A stretch of 64,000 nucleotides of DNA from Planctomycetota bacterium (GCA_030602705.1 JAUVZF010000006.1:12223-76222); one strand, 5' to 3'. Counted from the stretch's first letter, positions 37,228 through 47,558 are shown. The notes: generated by a model from the sequence alone, not told the origin. Made by a program: numbers and translations.

Positions 37228-38383
37228 CCTTCGTGAACTCGGGTTCTTTCTCGGTCTGCCACATACCGATGATGCGGCGTTCGCGCTCGGCGTTTTCTGG
37301 GGAATCGGAGGCGTGGGCGGCGTTTCGCATGAGGTCGCGGCCGAAGTCGCTGCGGACCGTGCCGGGGTCGGCCTTCTGGGGATTCGTCGCGCCCTGCATC
37401 TGGCGGATCTTCGCGACGGCGTCCGGCCCGCGGTACAGAAGGGCCAGGCACCGCACGGGGCCGGGCTGATCGCGCTCCGCTTTGCCGGCGACCGTGCGCG
37501 GGTCCACGCCCGTCATGTACTGGACGATCTTGGCGAACTCGGTCCGGGCGTTCAGGTCGGCCAGCATTTCTCGGGAGGTCTGGAAGAACTCGTCCGGCAG
37601 AGGGAAATCGAACGCTTCCTCAAGCCGCTCGCGCATCGTGTTCTCGATAAGGAACTGGAGACGGTCGCGGAAGACGTCGACGAGCGGCCCGTAGAAGGCC
37701 TCGCCCTGTGCGGCGGACATCGACAGGAGTTTCGCCCCGACGATGTAGAGGCCGGTCCGGGAGAAGACGTCGATGATGTAGCCGGGCCGGCGGCTGCGCC
37801 GCTCGAAGTTCTCCGGTTTCAGAATCACCAGTTGCGTCTCGAACGTCTCGGACCCCGGCATAAAGTCGATGGCATCGCAGATGACGCCGCCGTCGGTGGC
37901 GGCCGTGGCCGCGAAGAAGGCCAGTTCCTCCTCGCGCGTTGCGGGGTCGGGTCCGCAGATGACGGCCGGCTCGAAATACCGGATCGTCCCGTCCGGCATC
38001 CTCTGGAAATCGCCGTACGTGCCGCGCACCGTGTGCCCCGTGACGCGGGGGCTGGCGTGGCCGACCACGTCGTCCATCAGGTGCTGGAAGGCGTTCTCGC
38101 CCTCGAACAACAAGACCATGCACCGGTTGGAGAGGCCAAGGGGGTTGTCGCGGCGGAGGTTCTCGTCCACGTAATCGATGAAGGCCTCGCGGACGGGGTT
38201 CTCCAGGTCGCTGCGCCGCAGGATGTCGAGGTACGCATCGACCCACGCGTCGCTCGGGGCGTACATGTGGATGCCCACCAAGTCAAGTTGCGACAGGCTG
38301 ACGAGCCGTCCGATGATGCCTCCCGTGCGGCTCTTGTGGAGGCTGTACGGCGTGATCATGGCATAGGCCAGTTCGGTGGCCAT
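37196..38383 (-). CDS. Tandem nucleoside-diphosphate-kinase-like domain protein (395 aa)
   Basis: Two NDK-like domains (ELAYAMITPYSLHKSRTGGIIGRL... and ETQLVILKPENFERRSRRPGYIIDVFSRTG...). The second carries GATNPQKADPGTVRSDFGRDLMRNAAHASDSPENAERE, which has the NDK catalytic-His context. The first has Cys at the equivalent position. The track ORF to 39889 is antisense artefact upstream of ATG 38383. Confidence 0.65.
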   Translation of the reverse strand: MATELAYAMITPYSLHKSRTGGIIGRLVSLSQLDLVGIHMYAPSDAWVDAYLDILRRSDLENPVREAFIDYVDENLRRDNPLGLSNRCMVLLFEGENAFQHLMDDVVGHASPRVTGHTVRGTYGDFQRMPDGTIRYFEPAVICGPDPATREEELAFFAATAATDGGVICDAIDFMPGSETFETQLVILKPENFERRSRRPGYIIDVFSRTGLYIVGAKLLSMSAAQGEAFYGPLVDVFRDRLQFLIENTMRERLEEAFDFPLPDEFFQTSREMLADLNARTEFAKIVQYMTGVDPRTVAGKAERDQPGPVRCLALLYRGPDAVAKIRQMQGATNPQKADPGTVRSDFGRDLMRNAAHASDSPENAERERRIIGMWQTEKEPEFTKVIEEFLAKGA

Positions 38384-38692
38384 GCGGCAGGCCCTCCCGG
38401 TCACCCTGTGGAGCGTCACTGTAGCCGCGCGGGCCGCGCCGGTCAACGGCTTTCGGCAGGCCGGGCCCGCCTGGCGCCGACGACCGCGGGCACGTCCTCG
38501 CCTTGGCCAAACCCCCGCGCCAAAACGGCACGGGGAAAATTCCCGGCCGTTTTCCATTGACACAACCACCGCGGCGCGGTATCGGTTGGGGTGGCGGTGC
38601 CTGCCTGCCGACGTCCTGCTCGGCGCCTCACTCTGACTGCCTGCGATCAGACCCGCGCGCCGTAGTTCGTCTGACCCGGAAGGAGGTCTGTC

Positions 38693-40231
38693 GTGTACCG
38701 TCATATCCTGAATCTGCTGCAGGAGTTCCTTGGAGGCAAGGCCGAGATCATGCTGGCGTCCGGCCTTCTCGCACTGGCCATCGCCGTCCTGTTGCTCTTG
38801 TCGAAGTCCTGGCGTCGCGGGGTGGCCGAGGCGCTGGAAGGCGGCGGCTGGCGGGCCGTCGTCATGGGCCTCGTCAATAGTTTCCTGATGCTCATGGTAG
38901 GCACGGCGCTGGTGGCGGCCCTCGGCGGGGCCATGCTCGTCCAGTCGGGCCTGTTCAGCGAGGAGCACGGCCAAGTCACCCAGCGCAACCGGGAGGCGAT
39001 GCGGACCAACTGGGGGGACCCCCACGAGCAGCGCGAACTCTCCGTCCGTCACTATGTGACCGAGGAAAAGGCCTTCATCCTCTTCAAGGACGGCAGGCAA
39101 GTGCCGGAGGACGAAATCGGCTCCGGCGACGCCGAACAGATCGGCGAGAACCCCGTCAAGGTCAAACGCAAGGTCCGAAAACCCGTCCCGCAAAACTCCA
39201 TCGTCCGCGGGAAAGTGGACGTGGACCTCCGAATGAACTACCGCCCCAAGGGGTCCGCCTTCTACACCTGCTACGAGGATACCTGGCATCTGGCCTATAC
39301 GGCCAAGAACCGAAGCGACCAAGAGACCGAGGCCGAGTTCCGTTTCCGGATGCCCGCCGCCCACGGCATCTACGACCAGTTCACCATCACGGTCGACGGG
39401 ATGAACTGGACCGAGAACCTCGTCTTCAAAGACAACGCCCAGACGTGGACGATGCCCATGAAGCCGGGGCAGCAGGTGCAGATCGAGATCGCCTACGCCT
39501 CGCGCGGCATGGAATACATCCGCTACACGCCCGCCTACATGGCCCACCGCGAGCAGTACAAGGTCACGATGCGCATCTACCCCGACGCCGCCGACGGCAA
39601 CGAGCCCGCGCGCGGCAGCCAGCAGTTCGTCTGGGACAAACACATGGCCCTGCCCATCGGGTCGGTGACGCCCCACGTTCGCAAGGCCTCGCCGGCCGAT
39701 GGCCAGCCGATGGTCCTGGAGTGGAACATGACCTCGGCCGCCACCAGCCTCGGCATGGGCGTCATCCTGCCGGATATCAAACAGCCGGGGTGGTACGTGG
39801 CGCGGCTGCTTCACGAGGCGCCCCTCGGGCTGATGCTCTTGGCCGCCGGTCTGGTCGTCACGTGGATACTGCTGGGCCGGCAGACGCACCTGTTCAGCCT
39901 GGGCGTGTTGGTCGTCGGATACTACCTCTTCTACACGTTCGTCGCGTACCTGTCGGATTACCCGATCTCGTTCGCCTCATGCTTCGTGCTGGGGGCCCTG
40001 GCGACGCTCTCGCTCGCAGCGCTGTACCTGTGGCTCGGGTGGGGCAGGAACTACGCAGCACACCAGACGCTGGCCCTCGTGGCGGCGTTCACGATTTACT
40101 ACCCGCTGGCAGTCGTCATGGACGAGCACATGGACCTGATGCGCCAGATTCTGTACTGGTTTCTGGCGGCTTATGCCGCGATGCTGGCCGTCGTCATGCT
40201 CTGGCGCCGGCGGCGCAGCGCCGCAGCGTAA
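38693..40231 (+). CDS. CreD-like inner-membrane protein (N-terminal TM, large periplasmic domain, C-terminal multi-TM)
   Basis: The topology pattern resembles the cell-envelope-integrity protein CreD. The family assignment is tentative. Confidence 0.45.
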   Translation: MYRHILNLLQEFLGGKAEIMLASGLLALAIAVLLLLSKSWRRGVAEALEGGGWRAVVMGLVNSFLMLMVGTALVAALGGAMLVQSGLFSEEHGQVTQRNREAMRTNWGDPHEQRELSVRHYVTEEKAFILFKDGRQVPEDEIGSGDAEQIGENPVKVKRKVRKPVPQNSIVRGKVDVDLRMNYRPKGSAFYTCYEDTWHLAYTAKNRSDQETEAEFRFRMPAAHGIYDQFTITVDGMNWTENLVFKDNAQTWTMPMKPGQQVQIEIAYASRGMEYIRYTPAYMAHREQYKVTMRIYPDAADGNEPARGSQQFVWDKHMALPIGSVTPHVRKASPADGQPMVLEWNMTSAATSLGMGVILPDIKQPGWYVARLLHEAPLGLMLLAAGLVVTWILLGRQTHLFSLGVLVVGYYLFYTFVAYLSDYPISFASCFVLGALATLSLAALYLWLGWGRNYAAHQTLALVAAFTIYYPLAVVMDEHMDLMRQILYWFLAAYAAMLAVVMLWRRRRSAAA

Positions 40232-40342
40232 CGTCCTTGCATCGCGGTGGGGCTCCGGACCCGCGATGCGGAACGGCGGAGATGCGCGGCGGGTACGGAG
40301 ACCCGCCGCGCAATGCCCTGCTACGCACGCGCGTGAACGGCC

Positions 40343-41299
40343 TTACCGGCCTTTCAACTCGCCTCCTTGAGGAACGCCGAAGCCGGGCGTCGGGGTCGGC
40401 GTGGCGGCAGGCAGTTTGTCGAGGCCAAGGCGCTCGATCATCTTCGCATGCGCCGCTTGGGCGGCCGCCACTTCCGAGGCATACGGGAAGAGGGGCTTGA
40501 ACGGCCCGGTCACGCGGGCCCGCATCGGGCCCTTGGTGCCGAAGAGTTTCTCGCGTGTCTGCTGGTCCATCTGGGGACTTCCGCCGGCGCTCTTCCTGCC
40601 CGCGAGGACGTTCTGACGGACGTAGGCGTCGTCGGCCATCAGTTCGTCCATGGCCTTGAGCATCTGTGCCCCGTCGAACGCCAGGCGGACCGCGCCGCTC
40701 GGCTCCTTCTTGAAGCCGCTGACCTCGGCAAGCGTGCCGGGCAGGCGGAACGAGATATCCATCTTCATCGTGCCCAAAACGGCTGCCATCATGGGCCGCA
40801 TCTGCTGGTACTGCATCCGCTCGGCCTGGATGCGCTGGGCCATCTGCTCCTGGCGGAGTTCCTTCGACGGGGCGGCCGGCTTAGCGCCATCCTGCTCCTT
40901 AATCGAAAGCACCATCCCGCCAGTGTCATCCTTCGTGAAGGAGATGCCCTCCATCTTTCCCGACTGGAGTTTCATTTGCGCGAGGTCCTTGAAGTAGGCG
41001 GTGCCGATGAACCTGGTGCGGCCGTCTTCGGTCTTCTCGTATCGGACGCCGGACCAGGCATCCACGCCCTTGGAACCGTCAAGGACCTGTTTGACGAACT
41101 GTTTGGCCACCAGGTCGGGGTCCCCCTGCTGGTCGGGCGGGCCCAGGTTGAAGGGCATCTGAGGCATGGTCATCTCGACCAGCACCTTGCCCGACCCGTC
41201 GGGGTTCAGCGTGTAGTCCTGCTTCGTCTCGAAGCATCCGACCACGAGGGCGGCCGCCGCCACGACCGCTGCTACCGCGAGTACCTTGCGCATCATCAT
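40343..41299 (-). CDS. Lipoprotein (hypothetical), paralog A
   Basis: Lipobox LVVGCF. Shares a GCFE(T/G)K(Q/A)D(Y/V)TLNPDG(S/T)GK opening and a collinear body with 41475..42536. Confidence 0.7.
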   Translation of the reverse strand: MMMRKVLAVAAVVAAAALVVGCFETKQDYTLNPDGSGKVLVEMTMPQMPFNLGPPDQQGDPDLVAKQFVKQVLDGSKGVDAWSGVRYEKTEDGRTRFIGTAYFKDLAQMKLQSGKMEGISFTKDDTGGMVLSIKEQDGAKPAAPSKELRQEQMAQRIQAERMQYQQMRPMMAAVLGTMKMDISFRLPGTLAEVSGFKKEPSGAVRLAFDGAQMLKAMDELMADDAYVRQNVLAGRKSAGGSPQMDQQTREKLFGTKGPMRARVTGPFKPLFPYASEVAAAQAAHAKMIERLGLDKLPAATPTPTPGFGVPQGGELKGR

Positions 41300-41474
41300 C
41301 TCCTCGCTTTACGTGCAGGCACGGGTACCGCGCCCGTCGGCCAATCACTTTGTCACACGGACCGGCGGTTTCCAAGGCAAAAAAGACTCCGGCTGCGCCT
41401 GCGGGCTGGCCGTGCTGCGCAAGGAGTAATCGGCGGCAACCCCGCGTCGTGAGCGAGGGCGGACCGCCAAGCGT

Positions 41475-42536
41475 CTAGAACGGAAGGATCGGCGTCGGGA
41501 TGGAGGGCAGTTTCCTTGGGATGGGCAGACTGGGCGGCTTCTTCTCGTCTTTCTTCGAGTCGCCCTGCTTGGCGTCGTCTTTCTTCGAGCCGCTCGAGCG
41601 CTTTGGGGAAGAGCGCGATGAGCGGGGCGTGCGGGATGGCCGCTTCTCCTCCAGGCCCAGGTTGATGAGCATCTCTTTCTCTTGCGCCTTGGCGGCTTCG
41701 ACTTCGGTCTCGTAATTGATCCTCGGTCGGAAGTGGCCGGTCATCCGCGCCCAGACCTTGCCCCTCTGGCTGAAGACCTTGTTGCTGAGGGCTTTGCCGA
41801 GCATCCGACCGCTCAGAGACCGGCCTGTCATGACCATCTGGCGGAGGTACGCGTTGTTGGTCATCAGGCTGTCCATGTGCCGCAGCAGTTGCGGACCGGT
41901 GGTGCTGAAGGTGAGCGTCCGGCCCGCCTGCTCGAGGCCCTTCACGTCGTCGGGAACACCCGGCACATGGAACCGCAGGTCGAGTTTCATGCTCGCAAGC
42001 CGCAGACTGATCGGGCCCTTCGCCTCGCGGTAACTTAGGCGCATGCTCTTCATGCGTGCGGCCAGGCTCTTGGCCGTGTACCTGCGCCGTGACGTGCGCT
42101 GGGCGTCGTTGTCCTTGGGACGGTGAAGAATCAGCATGAGGACCTTATCGCCCTCGGGGCCGAACGCCGCCCGCGATTTGGCGTCGTCGGGATGGATCCT
42201 GACCTTCGAGATGTCCTCGAAGTACGCCGTGCCCTTGAACTGGATGCGGTCGTCCGGCAGCCGCTTGAAGGAGACGTCTTTCCACGCCTCGATGCCGCGG
42301 CTCGACTTGAGGATCTTCAGGACGATCTCCTTCATCCGGGTCTCGGGGTCGTTGAGCCGGAGGTTCGGATCCGAGGTGGTGCGGCCGGCCCAGGGACCGG
42401 TCGGTTGAAAGGTGATCTCGCCGACGATCTTGCCGGTTCCGTCGGGGTTGAGGGTGACGTCGGCCTTGCCCTCGAAGCACCCGGCGGCCAAGGCGATCGC
42501 AACGATGACGATGTATGCCGTTGCCGGTCGAGCCAT
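41475..42536 (-). CDS. Lipoprotein (hypothetical), paralog B with basic Ser/Lys-rich C-tail
   Basis: Lipobox LAAGCF. Paralogous to the gene above. Confidence 0.7.
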   Translation of the reverse strand: MARPATAYIVIVAIALAAGCFEGKADVTLNPDGTGKIVGEITFQPTGPWAGRTTSDPNLRLNDPETRMKEIVLKILKSSRGIEAWKDVSFKRLPDDRIQFKGTAYFEDISKVRIHPDDAKSRAAFGPEGDKVLMLILHRPKDNDAQRTSRRRYTAKSLAARMKSMRLSYREAKGPISLRLASMKLDLRFHVPGVPDDVKGLEQAGRTLTFSTTGPQLLRHMDSLMTNNAYLRQMVMTGRSLSGRMLGKALSNKVFSQRGKVWARMTGHFRPRINYETEVEAAKAQEKEMLINLGLEEKRPSRTPRSSRSSPKRSSGSKKDDAKQGDSKKDEKKPPSLPIPRKLPSIPTPILPF

Positions 42537-42763
42537 GATTCAGCCCCCTGGTTGGCACCTCCAACTCACCATACGATTGGGCGCGTCCGGCCGCAAAGGT
42601 TTTCGGCCGGCGGCGCCGCTGCCGAACAGGTGAAAATGTCTTGCCACGCGCCGGGGCGCGGATTACCCTTGGCGGTGGTTGCAGGGTCGGCATTTCTGCG
42701 AATAAGAGCGGCGATGCCGGTGTACAGACTCGTGGATCCTGTTCGGATCAAAGGAGGCTTGCC

Positions 42764-43531
42764 ATGACGCGGTGGCAGTCGAGCCTGAGCGGATGGAACC
42801 GGGCCGTTTTCCGCCCGGCGTCGCTGTTCGGCGCCGCCCTGGCGGTACTGCTTCTCCTGGCGCCGGCGCTCCTCGCCGGCGAGCCGCCTTCGGAAGCCGG
42901 CGCAGAAAACGCCGAAGCGGAAGGCTGGTGGTCGGGCCTTTCGTCCGTCAACAAGGCCTTCTTCTGCTTCGCGTTCTTCTTCAGCGCCCTGTTCCTCTGG
43001 CAGTTTGTCATGACGCTCATCGGCCTGGCCGGCAGCAGCACCGACACGGAACTCGACGCGGACGCCGACATGGACATGGACGCCGAGGCCGAGGCGGTCG
43101 AGGTCACCGCCCATGAGACCACCGTCAGTTTCAAACTCCTCTCGATCCGGTCGATCATCACGGGCGGCATGCTGTTCGGATGGGCGGGGGCCCTGTACCT
43201 CTACAACGGCACGCCGCTCAGGACGGCGCTGCTGTATGCGGTGGCCTGGGCGCTCGCAGGGGCACTGGTCATCGCCGTGCTGATGTACCTGATGCGACAC
43301 CTCCAGGAGACCGGGACCGCGAGGCTGGCGACCTGCGTCGGCCAACCGGCCACCGTGTACATGGATATCCCGGCGTCCGGCACCGGCAAGGTGCGAACCC
43401 TGGTCAGCGGCGCCGTCAGTTTTGTTCCGGCGCGCGCTGCCGACGGACAGCCGATGACGGCGGGAACGCCCGTCCGCGTCACGCGACTCCTCGGCACCTC
43501 GACGGTTGAGGTGGCAAAGACCGACGACTAA
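42764..43531 (+). CDS. NfeD-family membrane protein (OB-fold C-terminal domain)
   Basis: AGGAGG RBS before ATG at 42764. Three TM segments, an acidic linker, and a C-terminal beta-rich domain (GKVRTLVSGAVSFVPARAADGQPMTAGTPVRVTRLLGTSTVEV). Lies directly upstream of a flotillin gene, which is the classic NfeD-flotillin pairing. Confidence 0.7.
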   Translation: MTRWQSSLSGWNRAVFRPASLFGAALAVLLLLAPALLAGEPPSEAGAENAEAEGWWSGLSSVNKAFFCFAFFFSALFLWQFVMTLIGLAGSSTDTELDADADMDMDAEAEAVEVTAHETTVSFKLLSIRSIITGGMLFGWAGALYLYNGTPLRTALLYAVAWALAGALVIAVLMYLMRHLQETGTARLATCVGQPATVYMDIPASGTGKVRTLVSGAVSFVPARAADGQPMTAGTPVRVTRLLGTSTVEVAKTDD

Positions 43532-43543
43532 AGGAGACCCCCG

Positions 43544-45040
43544 ATGAACGCTATCGTGCCGCTGCTCATGCAGGCCCCCGGGAAGGGATTCCCGACGGAG
43601 ATCTTCCTGGTCATTCTCCTGGTCGTTGCAGCGCTGGCCCTGCTGCTGTTCCTCCTGAAGTGCTACCGCCGGTGCCCGTCGAACAAGATCCTGGTGATCT
43701 ACGGCAAGACGGGGCGCGGCGCCGCCAAGTGCGTCCACGGAGGGGCGGCGTTCGTCTGGCCCGTCATCCAGGCGTGCCAGTACCTCGACCTGGAACCGTT
43801 CGTCGTGCCGATTGACCTGACGAGCGCCCTGTCGCAGGAGAACATCCGCGTCTCGGTGCCCACCACCGTCACGGCCGCCATCAGCAACGAGGTGGGGCTG
43901 ATGATGAACGCGGCGGTGCGGCTCCTGTCGATGACGCGACAGGAGATCGAGCGGCAGGCCGAAGACATCATCCTGGGCCAGATGCGCGCCGTCATCGCCA
44001 CCATGCAGATCGAAGAGATTAACCGCGACCGCCAGGCCTTCATGACCAAGGTGAACGAGGCCGTCTCGGGCGAACTCGAAAAGATCGGCCTGGCCGTCAT
44101 CAACGTCAACATCAAGGACATCACCGACGAATCCGGTTACATCGAGGCCATCGGCCGCAAGGCCGCCGCCGAGGCCATCAACCAGGCCAACATCGACGTG
44201 TCCGAGCAGGAACGCCTCGGCAAGACCGGCGTGGCGGAGCGAGAGAGAGACCAGCGCAAGGCCGTCGCCGCCGCCAACGCCGAGGCCCAGATCGGCGAGG
44301 CCACGGCCGACCGCGACCGTCGCCGGCAGGTCTCCGTCCTCGAGGCCGAGGCCGTCGATGCCGAGACCCAGGCCGAGTCCAAAAAGGCCGCCTACCACGC
44401 CGGCCAGAAGGTCGCCGAGGAAGAGGCACGCCAGAAGGGCGACTCGGCCGCCATGCAGGCCACCGGCGCCATCCGCGTCGCCGAGCAGAACGCCCAACGC
44501 GAGGCCGAAAAGGCCCGCGCCGCTCGCGAGCAGGAACGCCTGCAGGCCGAGATCGTTGTCCCCGCCGAGGCCGCACGCGAGCAGGTCGTTATCCAGTCCG
44601 ACGCCGAGAAGCAGAAACGCGAACTCGTCGCCGCCGGCGAAGCCAACGCCATCCTCGTCAAGATGAAGGCCGAGGCCGAGGGCACGCAGGCCATCCTCGA
44701 CGCCAAGGCCAAGGGCTACGGCGAACTCATCAAGGCGTCGGCCGAGGACCCGCAGACGGCGACGTCGCTCCTTGTGATCGAGAAACTGACCGAGGTCGCC
44801 GGCATCCAGGCCGAGGCCATCCGCAACCTGCCGCTCGAAAAGGTTATCGTCTGGGACGGCGGCGGAGAGGGCGGCGGCCTGTCGGACCTGGGCCGGCGGC
44901 TGGTCGGCGTCCTGCCGCCCATGCACCAACTCGCCAAAATGGTAGGCCTCGAACTGCCCGACTACCTTGGATCCACCAAGGGCGAGCAGGCGTCGGCCGA
45001 ACCGAAGGGCGGCGGGGCCGAGCGGACGCCCGAGGGTTAA
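43544..45040 (+). CDS. Flotillin-like SPFH/band-7 domain protein (YqiK/FloT-like)
   Basis: N-terminal TM, SPFH domain, and a long Ala/Glu-rich coiled-coil flotillin domain with repeated EA/AEA motifs. Confidence 0.8.
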   Translation: MNAIVPLLMQAPGKGFPTEIFLVILLVVAALALLLFLLKCYRRCPSNKILVIYGKTGRGAAKCVHGGAAFVWPVIQACQYLDLEPFVVPIDLTSALSQENIRVSVPTTVTAAISNEVGLMMNAAVRLLSMTRQEIERQAEDIILGQMRAVIATMQIEEINRDRQAFMTKVNEAVSGELEKIGLAVINVNIKDITDESGYIEAIGRKAAAEAINQANIDVSEQERLGKTGVAERERDQRKAVAAANAEAQIGEATADRDRRRQVSVLEAEAVDAETQAESKKAAYHAGQKVAEEEARQKGDSAAMQATGAIRVAEQNAQREAEKARAAREQERLQAEIVVPAEAAREQVVIQSDAEKQKRELVAAGEANAILVKMKAEAEGTQAILDAKAKGYGELIKASAEDPQTATSLLVIEKLTEVAGIQAEAIRNLPLEKVIVWDGGGEGGGLSDLGRRLVGVLPPMHQLAKMVGLELPDYLGSTKGEQASAEPKGGGAERTPEG

Positions 45041-45263
45041 CGGTCGCTCATGTGCGTTGCGCGGCGGGTCAGGAGACCCGCCGCGCGAAGCGTGCCGACC
45101 CACCGCACGAAGCGCGGGGTCACGCCCCGCGCCGTCGAGCCGGGAGCGGAAGCTCCCGGTTATCCTCCCCCCACCGTGGCCCGGTCCGCCTTCCACCGAC
45201 GCAAGGCCCGTCCTCTTGGTTGGACGCCCTGGACCCTTGCGACTTCCACGACAGGCGCTTACA

Positions 45264-45941
45264 ATGACTGGTGGCCTTGACGAGGAGCCTGCGGAAATGG
45301 TCGCGAAACCGTTGGCCGAGCAGGAAGGTGTGCAGCGCAAGATAGGCGACCAAGCCCGTCTGGCGGCGGCCGACCGGCACCGCCTGTCGGGTTCGGCGCC
45401 CGACGAGATCCAGGAAGATGCGGCACGCGCGCGGATCATCTCGCCGTCGCTCCTGCTGCCGGCCGAAATCGTCATCCTCGAACTCAAGCCGTCGCGGTGG
45501 CTGGCCGTCTTTGCGAGCCTGCCGATGGCGGCCGTCGGGTTGACGCTGATTGCCCTGGTGTGCGCCATCGACCAGTTGCGGAGCATCCGGCAACTGGGGG
45601 TCATCATCGGCGTGTGGATCATCGGGCTGCGCGTGGCGCTGGCGCTGCTTCAGTGCCTCGGCCGGACCTACGTCCTCACGAACCGGCGGATCCTGATTCA
45701 GTCGGGCGTCTTCAACGTCGTGGTCGAAGCGATGGGCCTGGAGGAGATCGAGAACACCTTCGTCGCGCAGGCCGTGGGGCAACGGGTGGTGGGGATCGGG
45801 ACGATCTTCTTCCGGTCGAGCGGCCCCGGCCGCGCGTCACTCGCCTGGGAACACGTCCGCGGCGCCAAGAAAGTCCACGCACGCGTCGTCGCGCAGATCG
45901 ACCGGTGGAAGAACAGCCTGGCGGGCGGGAAGGGGCAGTAA
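45264..45941 (+). CDS. Bacterial PH-domain (bPH_2/YdbT-like) membrane protein
   Basis: Two TM helices followed by a YVLTNRRILIQSG...IGTIFFRS pattern typical of bPH_2. Alternative start ATG 45295 has a GAGGAG RBS. Confidence 0.6.
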   Translation: MTGGLDEEPAEMVAKPLAEQEGVQRKIGDQARLAAADRHRLSGSAPDEIQEDAARARIISPSLLLPAEIVILELKPSRWLAVFASLPMAAVGLTLIALVCAIDQLRSIRQLGVIIGVWIIGLRVALALLQCLGRTYVLTNRRILIQSGVFNVVVEAMGLEEIENTFVAQAVGQRVVGIGTIFFRSSGPGRASLAWEHVRGAKKVHARVVAQIDRWKNSLAGGKGQ

Positions 45942-45980
45942 CGGCCTTGGCACTCTGGGCGACTCGGGCCGGGAGGGGCC

Positions 45981-46805
45981 TCAGAGGATCCCCCGGAGCC
46001 ACTCGACGCTCTTGAGGGTGTTGGCCTCGCCCCTGGTTTCGAGGCTCATGACGCCGGCCCAGTTCGTTTCTTTGAGAAGTTCGACGATCTGACGGATGTT
46101 GTCGGCGTTGATGCCCTGCCCGACGTACACCGCGCTTGCCGCAATACCGGTGTCCTTGCCGACGTTCTCCTGTAGTTCCGGCGCCACGTCTTTGACGTGG
46201 AAGTGTCGAATCCAGGGCAGCAGTTCCTTGACCATGGCCACCGGGTCGTTGCCGGCGATGAACGTGTTGCCGGTGTCGAAGTTGACGCCAAGGAGCGGGT
46301 CGTCGAAGTGCTTCATCAGGCGGACCATCATCCCCAGGTTGGTCGTGAGCGGCCCGTGCGGCTCGATGTTGACCCCGACCTTGTGGGTATGCGCCATGGG
46401 CAGAACCTCGCCAAGATGGTAGACCGCACGGTCGAAGACTTGGTCCAGAGTCATCCCCTCGGGGACCTCGGCCCCGTCGGTGGTGGCGATGAACGGGCAA
46501 TCCAGGACGCGGGCCATCTTGATGCCGTTTATCATGTACGGGATGCACTGCCACCGGTGCAGCGCGTAGTGGCAGTCCAGTTGGCTGACCTTGAGGCCGT
46601 AGCGTGCAAGTTCCTCTCGCAAGGCCAGGCCGTCGGCGCCAAGCGAGATGGCAGGCGAGAAGCCGAGCCCCTCGAAGAAGTCCTCCCCGTTGACGGTGTT
46701 GATTTCGACCGTGTCGCATCCCTGGTCGCGGCACCAGGCGAAGACGTATCCGAGCGCACGGTCCTCGTGACGGAAGTTGTCGCTGGCGATTCCGATTTCA
46801 ATCAC
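45981..46805 (-). CDS. Sugar phosphate isomerase/epimerase (xylose-isomerase-like TIM barrel)
   Basis: Metal-ligand-containing motifs (VNIEPHGP..., VNFDTGNTFIAG, HFHVKD) fit the AP-endonuclease-2/xylose-isomerase-like fold. Confidence 0.7.
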   Translation of the reverse strand: MIEIGIASDNFRHEDRALGYVFAWCRDQGCDTVEINTVNGEDFFEGLGFSPAISLGADGLALREELARYGLKVSQLDCHYALHRWQCIPYMINGIKMARVLDCPFIATTDGAEVPEGMTLDQVFDRAVYHLGEVLPMAHTHKVGVNIEPHGPLTTNLGMMVRLMKHFDDPLLGVNFDTGNTFIAGNDPVAMVKELLPWIRHFHVKDVAPELQENVGKDTGIAASAVYVGQGINADNIRQIVELLKETNWAGVMSLETRGEANTLKSVEWLRGIL

Positions 46806-46960
46806 GGCATTCCCCTTTGCGTTGCGGCCGGACCCCGGAGCCCGGCAAAGGGCAACCTTAATCCCGCCGCGCTCCGGGCGTCAAGGGAAAGGTGTCCAGG
46901 AGTTTCCCCATGCCGTTTTGGTGCTACTGCTGTGTCACGCTTGAAGTGATGGGTGCCGCG

Positions 46961-47170
46961 TCACCGCTCTCGGCTGAGGGCGCTGGTGCGTCCCTCGGAA
47001 AGACCGTCGGCCAGGCCCTGGCCCAGGTTGAGGCTGGCCACGATGCCCGCGATGAAACCGCCCACCCACTTGACGGTCTCGAGGTCGTGACCGGCCAGCA
47101 CCAGGGCCACGACGGCCGCGATGCCGAGCAGGCTCAGAATCATCTTCTTGCTCTTTAGCAGTTCCGTCAT
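46961..47170 (-). CDS. Small two-TM membrane protein (holin-like topology)
   Basis: 69 aa. GAAAGGAA RBS. Two hydrophobic helices and a charged C-terminus. Last gene of the phage-like module. Confidence 0.5.
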   Translation of the reverse strand: MTELLKSKKMILSLLGIAAVVALVLAGHDLETVKWVGGFIAGIVASLNLGQGLADGLSEGRTSALSRER

Positions 47171-47285
47171 CGTTTACGTTCCTTTCTTTCGAGGGCGCCG
47201 TAGGCCATCGTGCCCTTCGGCGTGTTCGAAACGCGCGAGACAAACCGCGCAGGCGGCTTGCGTCGGTGCCTCGCGTGCCCTGTTC

Positions 47286-47558
47286 TCACACCCCCGTTAG
47301 GGCGGCGGCTACTTGCCGGGCCAGAGCGACGAGCGTCACGACGGTCTCGGGCACGAGCCTCTCGTTGCGCAGGCGGCGTTTCAGTTCCACGAGGTCCTGC
47401 TGTTCGATAGCCGGTTCAAGGTCGCCGAGTTCAAACAGATCGGTCGAGACGGCGTCCAGTGGGTCGGCGGTGCCTTCGGCCGCGCGACCGGCCAGGTGTT
47501 CCGCCGCCTCCAGGAAGTCAACGGCCGTGCGCTTCAGGTTTGCTTCCGCTTCCTGCAT
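47286..47558 (-). CDS. Small acidic hypothetical protein
   Basis: AAAGGAG RBS before ATG at 47558. Overlaps the preceding gene's 3' end by 41 nt. Confidence 0.5.
   Translation of the reverse strand: MQEAEANLKRTAVDFLEAAEHLAGRAAEGTADPLDAVSTDLFELGDLEPAIEQQDLVELKRRLRNERLVPETVVTLVALARQVAAALTGV

Noticed and set aside
42566-45622. 1018-aa minus-strand ORF
   Set aside because: Antisense of the NfeD and flotillin genes, with Gly/Arg/Asp-rich low-complexity translation.
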